Of a stretch of 64,000 nucleotides of DNA, positions 11,990-23,504 are shown piece after piece. Origin of the DNA: Pocillopora damicornis (Eukaryota). Under the pieces are notes generated by a model. That model did no database searches. It was not told where the DNA came from and was given only the letters and a program-made list of their open reading frames with translations. Both the position numbers and the translations under genes were made by a program. The stretch covers positions 62,001-126,000 of the forward strand of contig NW_020846920.1 of the NCBI RefSeq assembly GCF_003704095.1, written 5' to 3'. Position 1 is the stretch's first letter. Each line of letters begins with the position of its first letter.

Positions 11990-13614
11990 ATGCAGAGGGG
12001 ACAAACAGATAAAGATCGGCGTCGAAACGCCACACAAGAGTGTCAAGCTCTAAGGGATTTAGTGAACAAGTTGAAGATGGAACTTTTGCAAAGTCAAGTG
12101 GAAACTCAAAAAGTTAAAGATCAACTCCAGTGTATGATATATCTTGTTCGCCGGTAAGTACGATGACCCCGATTATAAAAATACTTCAATGATTGAACCA
12201 GTGATGCAAGTGCACAAAGATATGATTTTCTACACAATTGTAAAAGGTTTTTCTCTCAAAATGACCTGTTTGATTTTACGGTTTTGAAGTGTGAATAGTG
12301 ATTTAATCAAAGGACGTTTTCTAGGGCTCGTTATTTTTAAAGACAAAAAACACCAAACTTTACTACTAAAATATGCTGTTTAAGAAGTTTTAAAATATGT
12401 GTTATTTGGTTCTTTAATCAATATAAGCTCTACAGCTTATCTTAAGATTTCAAACATTATATGCATAACTATCATTTCAGCCTGCGCTATCCCCTTTACC
12501 CTCCGATGACCACTTCTGCTTTGAAAACTCTTAACTAATTAAAAAATGCCCCTGTTAGACACCAGACTATCCAAAAACCTTTAACCCTTGGTTCTTCAAA
12601 ACTAAGATTTAGGTAACCCATGACTCATAACCATGAAAAAATGCTTCTTAGTGCAATACTGACACAAATGGATAGCTTTGACCTTTCAACAGAGTAGGGA
12701 GAAATGTGTCTTACATTGTCAAACACGTACCTTTGCCTACCCACTTAAAGATATTTGTGAGTTTATGGCTTTCTAATGTTTCCGCAAGGCTAAGAAGTTA
12801 TGGTGCACAAGGGCATAAGTTTTTCAGGGGTTCAAGTTGTTGGGACTGAATTTGGGGTGTGAGCTTTGTGGAGCACTGAGACTTTCAGGGTGGTGGAGGG
12901 GGCTTGAATTGTCAAGATACCCAGGCAGGGGTCTGTGCATGTGGTTCTAGTTTTGAGGGATTTTGCTCTCTTCACATCCACATGGTCTTCCACACTTATC
13001 ATTTCATCCTTTTGAAGCTGCTAATCTATCGCTATTCTTTGTAGAGCTTGGCAGGGAGATGATGTAGCATCAATACATGTAGCCAATATTGTAGGTAAGT
13101 TGATGTTTTACATTTTCTTTCTTTTCTATCTTTTCTGTGTTGTTCTTGTCTTTTTTTGCGTGTGTTTGGTGGGGTTGGAGTTGGGTTCAATGCCCTGATA
13201 TAAACATTTCATAATTATATTCTTGCTATATCATAATAAATAATTAACCCTAGCCACAAGGAGCTATTGAGAGAAATTAATTCAATCAGTGAATTTTCTT
13301 TATCTATCTTCTGGTAAAGTGTTGCAAATTAAATTTAGGCACACTTAGCCCTATTAGTTCAGGTACTTGATAGAGTCAAGTTCTACAGAGTATGCACGAT
13401 GACAGACAGCTCATGATTTGGTCATTTTTTTTTTGTACTTTGAAACAATTTGATTTACATTTGATAGGTGTGGCCCCACCAAAGATGCAGAGGTCAGACC
13501 ATGATGAAATTGTGGCCACACCCAAGGTTAGCTCAGATTATCTGGAGTCTCTATAATTAGCTTACTCAAGAAATATTAAAGTAAATGGTTTGAACCCAGG
13601 AGTATCAGTAGTTT

Positions 13615-13692
13615 GTATAGTGTGATCGTCCGGGTGAGTTACCAACAACAGTTCTTTTCAGAACTACACTCACCCGGACGATCACACTATAC
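13615..13692. repeat. Perfect 25-bp inverted repeat derived from a Penelope terminal repeat
   Basis: gtatagtgtgatcgtccgggtgagt ... actcacccggacgatcacactatac. The right part matches the PLE tail at 36320-36370 (acaacagtccttctcaggactacactcacccggacgatca). Confidence 0.8.
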
Positions 13693-15472
13693 GAATCAAA
13701 ATATTGTTTTTTTTCCTTGATGTGTATTAATGGAGTGACCTTCAATTATATTTGAAGGACTATTTAGGCTATAGACTATTTAGACTGAATCAACAATGTA
13801 CTCTACACGCATTGTATCCCCTCTAATAACAGAACTTTTTATTGATAACAATGTTTTTTTTTTTTTTTGCTCAAAGTAAATTGAAAATCCAGTTACATCC
13901 TTATTTGATGAATTGATTACTCCAAAAATACCATAATTTGATCAAATTATTATTGCCCAATGTAGACCAACATTTTTTCATGCTGTAAATGTACATGTAT
14001 AATATATATGTACAGGTGCACTCTATACTATTTTATATGAATGCAATTGCTTTTATTTACTGGTAAATTTTTTTTGTCTCACATTTTTTTTCCCGAAAAT
14101 CTCACTGATCTTAGCATGTAGCATGAATACAGGGTCTATCATCAAATCCTGAGAAAAATGATTTTCTTTTCAGTCTAGAGCTCTGAATGGCTGGGCTCGA
14201 CTTGTTATTGGTCTGTTAAATCGTATGTACCAAGAGGAAGAACTTGAACTACGCGCTAAACAACTTTTGTACATGCGTGACAGAGAAGAACTACTTGACG
14301 AGCAGCTAATGTCACACAAGGATATCACACGCTATCAAACGAATGTTTCCCTTTTGCAAACCAATACCTTACAGTTACTACAGGTATTTATATCAAGAAC
14401 GTTTAAAATTGGTAAATTTGAGAAAATCTGGTCCGGAAAGCTTTTGTCTTTGATTGTTATACACACAACATTTTTTTTTCACTTGTAGATTCTCTCTGAT
14501 CGAGTTTCCTCTTAGCTAATAGATATCTGTTTGTAGAATTTTCATGCAATTATGTGTTAAGGGAGTGTTTTTCAGCGCTTTGCCAACTAAATTCATTTAT
14601 AATTTCCGTTCGGTTCATAAAAGCTTTTATATGATGAACTTCATTCTCTTTTTTCGACCCGAATTCAATGAGGGCGGGCAATTGAAATAGATCCCGAATT
14701 TTGTTTAAGCGCAACCATTCGTTAATGGAAATTGACTTGGGAAATGAATTAAGGATTGCGCATGCGTGAACGACGTAGTGATTGGCAAGTTGAACTCGAA
14801 ATCGATAAGAACGCAATTGAATCCCCACTATGTCGTTTGTGTGGTGTTCTTGGGTATGTCAACAATCCCTCAAAGTGGTTCTCCACCAAAGAGTCCAACT
14901 GGATACAAACGACCCCTCCGGGAAAGGCGAAAAAATCTTGAGGGTAGCCTGCAATTTGATCTGTTAGTTTGCCATCTGAAGAGGTAAGAGGCTTACAGAA
15001 TTTGGGATACTAGCCTTGTACGAGAAGTTATTTTTGTGTAGGTCAGTTTACGCTGGATTTTCGTTGCTTCTCGTGCACAAACTGACATGGCACATGATAT
15101 GAATGCGTTTTTACAGGCCAAAGAAGAATGCAAAGCTCGAGAGAGAGCGGAGGAACGAGAGCAAATTGAACAGCAAAAACAAGAATTGAAAGCAAAGTTT
15201 AGAAAGAGGCCACCAAGGCTTCAAACCCACGGCGTGACCCGGAAGGACAGTGTGGAGAGAATTGTTGACTTAGATATGTCTGGTAACCTCTTGATCAGCC
15301 CGGTGAGGAGCAAGAAGATAGCAGCTAAGGAAAGTACTGTAAGTATTACATAGGAACAGAGGGAAGGGCCGCTTTTAGTGGAGGGCTAGAAAAATGCTTT
15401 CTTTGTTTTATATCGTTGTTAGGCTGCCTAAATAATGAGATCATGAGCACGATCTCTAAAGATCAAAATCAA

Positions 15473-15637
15473 AGACTACGAACAGTCCCTCTTTCTCAGC
15501 AAAGTCCCTCGCGCGGTTCAAAGATAAAAGACTGCGAAAAAAAATTGATGTCAGCGCGTCACGCGAAACTCTGGGAGTGAGACGCACGAAAAGTAGAGTT
15601 TCCAGAGCTCCTCTGACAGAGGGACCACTCGTAGTCT
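15473..15637. mobile_element. Short MITE-like insertion
   Basis: Terminal inverted repeats agactacga / tcgtagtct around a CpG-rich interior, within an intron. Confidence 0.5.
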
Positions 15638-18600
15638 TGTAGGAGGTGTTTTTATTTGTCACCCTGCCGCGATATTCCGGTGTACAATAACAACATCAAC
15701 AAATTTAATAATAACAGCAACATGAATAGCAGAAACAAACGCAGCCACAATTCCAATAAAATCAAACACAAGTCATAAAATGTTTCGCAGGAGCCGTGGC
15801 AAACTTTAAGCATCGTTTATATTAAAGGTAAACAAAAAAATTGGGGAAATTCTCAAGACGTAGCTAAACTGGGAAAGTGTTTATTTTCCTTTCTTGTTTC
15901 TATGTCTGGGAGTTAAGGTTTTGTCTTTTTTTCTGATTAATAGGAATTCGAAGATTTAAGACTCCAGTTTGCCACAACACTTCTTTGAGATTATACAGCA
16001 GTTTTGCTAAAGTAATTAAAATATCAGAGTTTGGTATATATATTGATTTTTCCGTTTTCTTTTTCAAGCAGGAGAGACATGTTAATAGTCCAGAAGATCT
16101 GGAAGATGAAGCTATAGTCGAAGGTTTGATGCAACTAATGCATGTATTTTGGTCTTGCGTTATGATGAAGACAGCAGTGACTAATATGTTGTATACTTTT
16201 GTGGTTAAATTTGGTCCTTGCACCAGGTTTTATTACCCTTCGTTTCGAACTCATCGTCATTCACTATTATGTCCAAAAATTCGGGATAAAAATATTCTTA
16301 TCACAACATGTCTGTAAGATTAAAACTCGTACTTTTTGTTACTTTATGAAAAGTCCGTTCATAACAGTGTCTCTATCCCATTCACTATCCCTCAGGATCG
16401 TCCTCCTCATGCAGCAATATCAAGAAGGAAAGCGCTGTAAGGTTCAGTTTTACCATCTGTATTTTAAGTCGTTTATTAGGATGTCTACTTTTTTTGGTAA
16501 CAAAGCCTTATCACCTTACAACAACATCCCTTTCCATGTTTTACTTTTGCTTATCGCCGCCAAGGCGTTTTTTTTCTCTTTGTTTCTTGAGATGGCAACT
16601 CAAAATGAGAACGCTTTTCATACTCTTAATTTTTCTTTTTGATGCACTTCTTAAATTTTGCAAGTTGAAATGTTATTAGCTAAGAGAGAGCTATTGCTCT
16701 ATGCAAGCAGGTGTTTGTAGAGGAATGTAAAGATGCTATTGTTATTGATATTGTTCTTATTGTTGCTTATGTCGGCGATGCTAACCCAGCTGTTGCGTTT
16801 ACTCCTTCCTGTTGTTTTACTGTGGAAATTTCCGCTTCTGAAATCGCTCCAGACTTCTTCGCAGCTGTTTTCTTGGATGTCACACAACGCCCCCAAAAAC
16901 ATTTGCAAAGAAGACAAATATTGTCACAGGCCAACATATTTATGGGTTTCATAAAGCAGCGTGACGTCAGTTGTTTGATATGGCTACTGATCTTAAACTT
17001 TCGCTGTAATTCGACGAGGAACGTCAGTGAAGAGGGGAGCATCAACCGTTCGAAAAACCCCACCAATAATGTCAATTAACCATTTATATCTATATGTGAC
17101 TATCAATAGCCAAGGATGAATTTGGGTATTTCAAGGAAACGAATAATTGTATTTATGAGACATTCTGCCATCTCAAGACGAGATCATCCGTTGCAAATTA
17201 AAGCGAACCTTAGATTAATAGCTGCATAAAATAAATGACGTCAAGAGAGCTCAAGTAACTCATAAAGTGGTCAACCTGTGACATTGGTTTTGTTTGCTTT
17301 CGGTTGTTTTTTGTGGACATAAACATTGATATTTGTTGGAATTTGTTTCAGATTTCAAACGATGTCTTCCTCACAAGAAGAAGATCTAGCTCTTTAAGCC
17401 GGTAACGGTAGCTCTGCTTCCATTTCTGTAATTAGAATTCACGTATTTTACGTTCGCATTAATGCTTTCAAACCTAGCACATCCCTTGGAGGATACTGAG
17501 TTAATATACCTGTAAATTCTTTACCACTTTAATTTTGTATTCAGAAAATGCAAATTTGATTGAAGTCTCAAAGTATATGGACATTTTTGATAGGCACTCA
17601 CACCTTCGTTTGTCGTTAAATTCCCATCATCCCTCGCGCACATGGGGCCCATTCGAAGAGATAGAAATTATATCATTCAAGATATTCCCATTGAGCACTC
17701 AGAACCGAAACCGGCATTGTTTACGCTAGCATATAACCTAGTCTAATTTCTCTATTTTATGTGTCTCAGGGAGGAAGCAAACTTACCGAAACAGAAAAGA
17801 AATGGCAATGTAAGCAAACTTTACTTAATGTAGCTTTTTACTTAAATGAAAGAATCATTGATTTTGGAAACATTCATTGCCTTTTTCACGCCCCTTTCCC
17901 TGTTTCTTTAGCATACTCGTTCACAGACAAGCGATTGGACTGGAAAAAGAAAACCTAGGCCCCAAACTGCAGGTATGTAAGTTCTAGGTCAGCGTACGCT
18001 CGCACTATCTCGTCTTAAAGCGAGAAATTTCAAAGCAATTTGGCATCAATGTGCATTGTCTTATTGGATTAGCAGAAATTCCTTCTTGTAGAAGTGAGGT
18101 ATGTTTCTCCTTAAGGAATTCTACTTGAGTAACACATGGAAAGCTAACGTTCGTATCTGCAATATCTTTTGTCGCTGAGATTTTGTACCTAGCCATAGGT
18201 GTTTAAACTTATTGTTTCGTGTGGCACAAGGGAATCTCATTGAGTTATTGGATTCACGACTACTGATCAGCCTTTGCCTCCATGACGCACCGTTTCACCC
18301 ATAAGTGGCCTTCTTCCTTTTTTTCTGACACTTAGCAGATAGTGAAGATTCTGCTTTTGTGAAATACTTCTGAGGTAAAAGTGATGCTAAATCTAGTTCT
18401 AAACCTTGGCAACGCTAAATTTTAGTCACCATAACTGTGGCTTTATTGAATATGACAGCTGCGAAAAGTTCCAGCACGGGGGGCAGCATGGTTGTGAAGA
18501 GCAAAGGAAGGCCTATGTCTGCCCACGTGACCCAGCCTATGGCACGGAGTAAACCCCCTCCAACCTTTGACACAAGTAAAACCAGAAGACAGTTAGATCT

Positions 18601-19249
18601 CATCGAAAGAGACTTGAAGTTCACAACGAAGGCGCTTCAGGATCGACTGGGTATTTCTAAACAAGGATTTGTGTAAATGAAACGATTTCAATGCCGTAGC
18701 AAAGGCAATGCAAGGCTTAAGTCGCGTGGTATCTGGTAGGAGACCATTTTGGCGTGTTTGCGGTAACAAAAGAAATATGTAAAATTCAGTGGCGAGGTAA
18801 AAAACTGAGGCACACAAGGGGAGTTACAGTTAGATTCCTTTATATGAACAGAAAAGACTCAGAAATCTAGCTAAAAGCTCAATTAGTCAATTTTAGCAAA
18901 TATGGTGAATTTTCTGTTATGTCTGCTCCTTACGGAGTCGGTTATTTTTGAGCCACGCATGCCCGGATTGATTTAACAGTTTGACTACATGTAAGAGTAA
19001 AATAAAAGCATCTAAAACTTTCACTTCCAGATCTTTGTTTGTTCTTTGTCAAAATTGGAGTTCATTTAGTCTTAGTTTCTCTTTTAGCGCTCGCTCTTGA
19101 TGTTTGCCATGGCATGCGAGTGATGAATTGAATGCATAATGACTGCTCAGGTTGTGGGCGCGAAGGCTGTTCTTTAGGGTTGGCAAACATTTACACTACT
19201 ATTAAAAGTCCAGCCATGTTTTATTTCATTCAGTCGTGCTTTGTACTAC

Positions 19250-20321
19250 TCAGCCGCTCACTGGAAGAAAATTACAATTGGCTTGAAGCGACTGATAGAG
19301 TCCATCGTATTCTTCACTCTTTTTGATGTTGATCGCATCATCGATATGAACAGGATCCTTGAAGACGACCCCCCAGCGAAGGCCTGCATCTTGCATGATC
19401 TTCTGGGTGAAGCACTTGACTCCTTTGGAATGGTACTTGTTGTTGAGCAGACAAGCCCATTTGCAGAGAAGATTCCCGTCTCTCAAATTCATGTCAATAG
19501 CGTGACCCACGAAATGGTTACTGCGGCTGGCAGGTTTATACTTGGCGCCCTCAAGTTTCTTTCCGTTGTCTTTCCTGAAGGAACTTGTAAGTACCACCTA
19601 GTAAAGGACAAACCGAAACACCAGAATCAAATTTCATTTCGCTTTTCCGTACCGAGAACGTGTAAGAGAGAGCTTCTTTTTCTAAAATAATTCCAAGAGA
19701 CAAACCTTAATCCTGCATTGCTGAGCGTAGCCGTTTATATTTATGATGGCTCCTTTGAATCCTGGATGAATATAACCAACGCCTTCAAAGAAGCCACCCC
19801 AGAATTTCAAAAGATCACAATTCCCTTGTAGGAAAGACATATGGTAAAAATTAAACCTTTATACGTAAAGGAAGAAAAGAAGTTACTTATGTGAATTATG
19901 TCCTGTGACCAGAAATTTTTCGTCGCTCTTGGACTTATTTTGACTTAAAAAACAAAACAGAGGCACGGAGGAAATTTGCTACATTTTTCATCATGATCAC
20001 GTTGATGGTTTCGAATGCACTTTTCTCAGTTTGGTCACTACGCAAACATTTCCTAAAATTTCATTCTATTTGCTATTTTTCATTCTATTTTGCTATTGCT
20101 ATTTGTCGGCTTAAGGCAAGAAATAGAACCACACCTTTCCTTAGCGTTAATTTTTCGGCAACACATTAGGGAACAAAAGAATAATACTTTTTAACAAACT
20201 TAGTATTGTGCACTTGTTGAATAATGCTTCTCCGAGAGAAAAAAAAGTTCTTACCTGCTGATTGTACATTGCAAGAGATTGCCAGTAGCACGATAACCAC
20301 CAGAATCATTTTTAGCTTCAT
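19250..20321 (-). CDS. Secreted M15-family (Hedgehog/DD-peptidase fold) Zn-peptidase, L-Ala-D-Glu endopeptidase/endolysin-like, 177 aa, 3 coding exons
   Basis: Exons 20321-20255 (signal peptide MKLKMILVVIVLLAISCNVQSA), 19824-19706 (..YIHPGFKGAIININGYAQQCRIK) and 19597-19250 (VVLTSSFR..SNHFVGHAIDMN..GLRWGVVFKDPVHID). Phases 1 and 0 are consistent with GT-AG. Carries SxHxxGxAxD and DxxH motifs. Confidence 0.85.
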
Positions 20322-22550
20322 GGTTTTCGTGAAATACGAAATCCTGACAGGAAATGGAAGTTAGTTTTATGTAAAATCAACCTCGACAAATATCGTTGCC
20401 TTTCTTTAATTAGTGTTGCTGTAGAAATTTAAGCGTATGTAATGTCATTTTCTATGTTTAAAAAAAAATCTAGTATAGCGAAATTCTATGTTCGTAACGA
20501 CTTGAAATGCTAAACGTTTTAAGTTGTTTCCTATACACAGTAAAACTTTTCCCTTACATTCAATTTTCGTCTTGGTTTACAACGAAATATTATTGCTCTT
20601 CGAGCATATAATACGGTCGTCTTCGGTCAAGCAACGTGAAAATTATAACCATCTAGTTGAAATTTGACATAGGCGGCAAAAAAGGTTTAATACCAATAGT
20701 TCTTACCTCAGTTCAGTTCTTGTGTCTCAAGATCTAGAAGTGAGTTATTGAAATGACTGTCTCAACAGTTAGTTAAGGGCTAAAAGTTCGACGGCTGTAA
20801 ATAAATTGTAAGCTGTAAACTTCTTCGTTTAACACGTTGGGCTTTTGTTTGCCTTTTACATTGTCTGAATGCGATTGTTTTGATCACCCAACCGGGAACG
20901 GCAAGCCCCTTCACAATAAAATGAAGATGGCAAAATGGAGGAAAACCAAATCAGACTTTTTATGCTTTTATTGAAAATGGATGAGGCGATCTCTTCTTTA
21001 CTCTTATCATATTTTCCTGTATCTTTTCACAGAAAAAGTTGTTTTTTATATTTGAATTGTAGATTCTCCTCTTAGAGTAGAGTGTCAAACTTGAAGTGTT
21101 ACTTTGGTTAATTATTCAAACATCTCTAAATCACAACTTGAAATAAAGTTAAAGAGGTGAATCAAACTTTCTCTACCAAGAATTAATTCAAGAAAAAATT
21201 TCCGAGTTTTCCATGGAGAAGTAAACGAACGAATCGAACGACGGTCCATTCTGTTTCCATGTATTTCGAAATCTGATGCTTCAAGTCTTTTGGTGCGTAA
21301 CAAAGACTTTGATAATGAATAAGGTCCCACATGAGGGTATCTTGTCTCCTCAATTGCAAGCATCCTACATGCTATCATGATTAGAAACGACGAAATCGTC
21401 GTTTGAGTGAATCAAATTTAACAGAAATGATAGATTTTGAACTCGAAAGTCGAATGAACAGAGATGTAAACAGTATTCGCTGAAATGATTCATTACCATT
21501 ACGACCGGAAGTATAAATTTCTCGCGATCTACCAAATATTTTGGGTGTACATTTTATGGAACATTTTGTTAACAGCAAACATCATCTCCAAGTTAGTTTT
21601 TCCGTTTCTTTCGACGCGTGTCATTCATTTCACTGAACATCTACGACAACTTAATTACAAATGTAAAGTCGTCTCGAAACGCTTTCCAGTTGGTTCTTTC
21701 AAGAATGTTGGCGGCCAACTTTCCTTAGGACGATATTTATATATATAATAATTAACGCTTTGATTCCCCTTAAACTCAAGAAATATTGGTCGACACTTCT
21801 CGTTCAATAACTTTAATCATGAACCTCTGGTGCTACAATTCCACTTTTTCCATGCATGTAGCCGTAACATACAGTATAGTTGCATCATACTTCAGTATGC
21901 AGCTTTTTGGAGAAAGTTTGTCGGAAAAAAGGAAAAAATTGCACGCGACAACCACCAAAGGTAATCTGGTTATCTGGTAATCAATCAAAACCGCTCCCGA
22001 ACCCGCTCTGCCTCGTCCTTACAGTGACGTTTCTCAGATTTCTCGGAAATCCTGAAATCAGGGAACTATTCACAATACCTTTTGGGATTGTGGCGTGCAC
22101 TTTTACGTCTTTTTTTCAACAACCTTTCTCGTTACAGCTGTATAAACATGTAGACCCACAGATATATTAAAGTTCACATGGCAACCAGGTGGACAATCAG
22201 ACATGGTTTAAAGACCATGGTTAAAAACCAGGGCTGGGGGAAATATATGCTTGATGTCAAGAATGAAACAGTTCTTTTTCGCAATTGATCATTTGTAAAG
22301 ATTGATGGGAGCGTCTCAAGCTGGTGAATGTGTAAAAGTGGTCAGCTTACAATGAATTTTATGCATGTTGTGATCCAATCCTTTCATTATGAGCCTTAGG
22401 CTACAAAAACACATCTTCCTTTTTTTATGAGGTACTGTAAAGCATACTAACTCGTCAAATTGTCTGCAAATTAGCAGAGTAAGCATGAGCATTTGATCTG
22501 TCCATCACCCAACTGATTTTGGAAAACAGTAACGGATTCCCAGAAACGCA

Positions 22551-23504
22551 TCATCCTTTACGGTAAAGGAATTTTTTCAAAGTTGACCGAAAATCCTGCA
22601 GTCTGAGCGAATAAATAACTGGGTTTAAAATAGAGTTTGTATAATGAAGTAATTTCACGGTATAAATCAGTTGATGTGAAGGCTGCGCAAGGCATGGAAA
22701 AGATTTACACCTCAAGAACACAATTAGATTAATGACGTGAAATGGAAGCCAAGTTAGGATAAAAACTGTCGTCACTATAAACACAGTCAAGGCCAATTTT
22801 CGGTCATTCTCGATGGCTCGCCGACTTCTGTCCCTGCTGCTGTTTTCGTTGATGCATGGAAGTCTCTTTCGGTCGGATCCAGCTCCAGAAGACTCTACAC
22901 TTGCCTCTCTAAAGTACATCTGCTGGAAGCGGGCCTTTATCCAGATGGCGAGATAAGCTAACAACATTACAAGCATGGAAGAGAAGAACGTCAAAATTAG
23001 AAACCAGAAGAACACTTTGTGTTCGATCAAGTCGTATTCATGGAAAAAGTACAGACTTGACAAGAGCGTCGCTAAGATCCAAACGCAAGAAACCAAGGCG
23101 TGGTACAACCTTTTTGTGGAGGTTCTGTGACGGATCGGGAAACAAATCGCATACACTCTTTCCAAGGCGATTATTGTCAGAGTGAATGTAGACCCCAGAC
23201 CGCAAAATACGTCCATTGCTTTCACAATGTTCAAAAGTGTGGATTTTGAGACAGAACCATGTTGCCAGAAGCTAACAAACTGATAGATGAAAGCTGGAAC
23301 TGAAAATATTCCAACTGTCATATCAGCTACAGCAAGAGAAAGAAGAAAATAGCTTGTCCGCCTGCGTAGTAGTCGCCTTCTTGTGAGCACCGCAATGGCA
23401 ATTGAGTTGCCTGTGACGATGATTATTGACATTATGCCAAAAGCTAGTGACCACCCCACAAGGTAAATGTCCGATGGTCTTTCTTCTTGAGATGATTCGT
23501 TCAT
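22551..23504 (-). CDS. Class A (rhodopsin-like) GPCR, aminergic-like, intronless CDS
   Basis: 317 aa with 7 hydrophobic segments; GN in TM1, SLAVAD in TM2, ALERVY, WxP (TWLPF), NSILNPVIY; Asp at position 3.32. Confidence 0.92.
   Translation of the reverse strand: MNESSQEERPSDIYLVGWSLAFGIMSIIIVTGNSIAIAVLTRRRLLRRRTSYFLLSLAVADMTVGIFSVPAFIYQFVSFWQHGSVSKSTLLNIVKAMDVFCGLGSTFTLTIIALERVYAICFPIRHRTSTKRLYHALVSCVWILATLLSSLYFFHEYDLIEHKVFFWFLILTFFSSMLVMLLAYLAIWIKARFQQMYFREASVESSGAGSDRKRLPCINENSSRDRSRRAIENDRKLALTVFIVTTVFILTWLPFHVINLIVFLRCKSFPCLAQPSHQLIYTVKLLHYTNSILNPVIYSLRLQDFRSTLKKFLYRKG

Larger units (their letters stand above)
11990..18676 (+). pseudogene. Multi-exon gene for an uncharacterised coiled-coil protein with disrupted reading frame (probable pseudogene or damaged allele)
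   Basis: Spliceable exons MQRGQ..ECQALRDLVNKLKMELLQSQVETQKVKDQLQCMIYLVRR|AWQGDDVASIHVANIVG|VAPPKM..|SRALNGWARLVIGLLNRMYQEEELELRAKQ..; later exons contain RPQTA and RPMSA; C-terminus LDLIERDLKFTTKALQDRLGISKQGFV*. In-frame TGA at 18371 and TAA at 18416 in the last exon. The true start may lie upstream (about 11648). Confidence 0.55.

Noticed and set aside
16699-17079. Four overlapping ORFs of 70-120 aa
   Set aside because: Low-complexity (ttg/ctg-rich) intronic sequence with no recognisable domain; cannot be placed in the gene model.
18371-18373. Selenocysteine read-through of the in-frame TGA
   Set aside because: A TAA follows 15 codons later, there is no redox-motif context, and no SECIS was recognised.
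19250-20321. Bacterial contamination or a Hedgehog ligand as explanation of the M15 gene
   Set aside because: It has in-phase spliceosomal introns and animal neighbours. It has no CGPG N-terminus or Hint domain, and its WG..DxxH motif fits M15C peptidases better.
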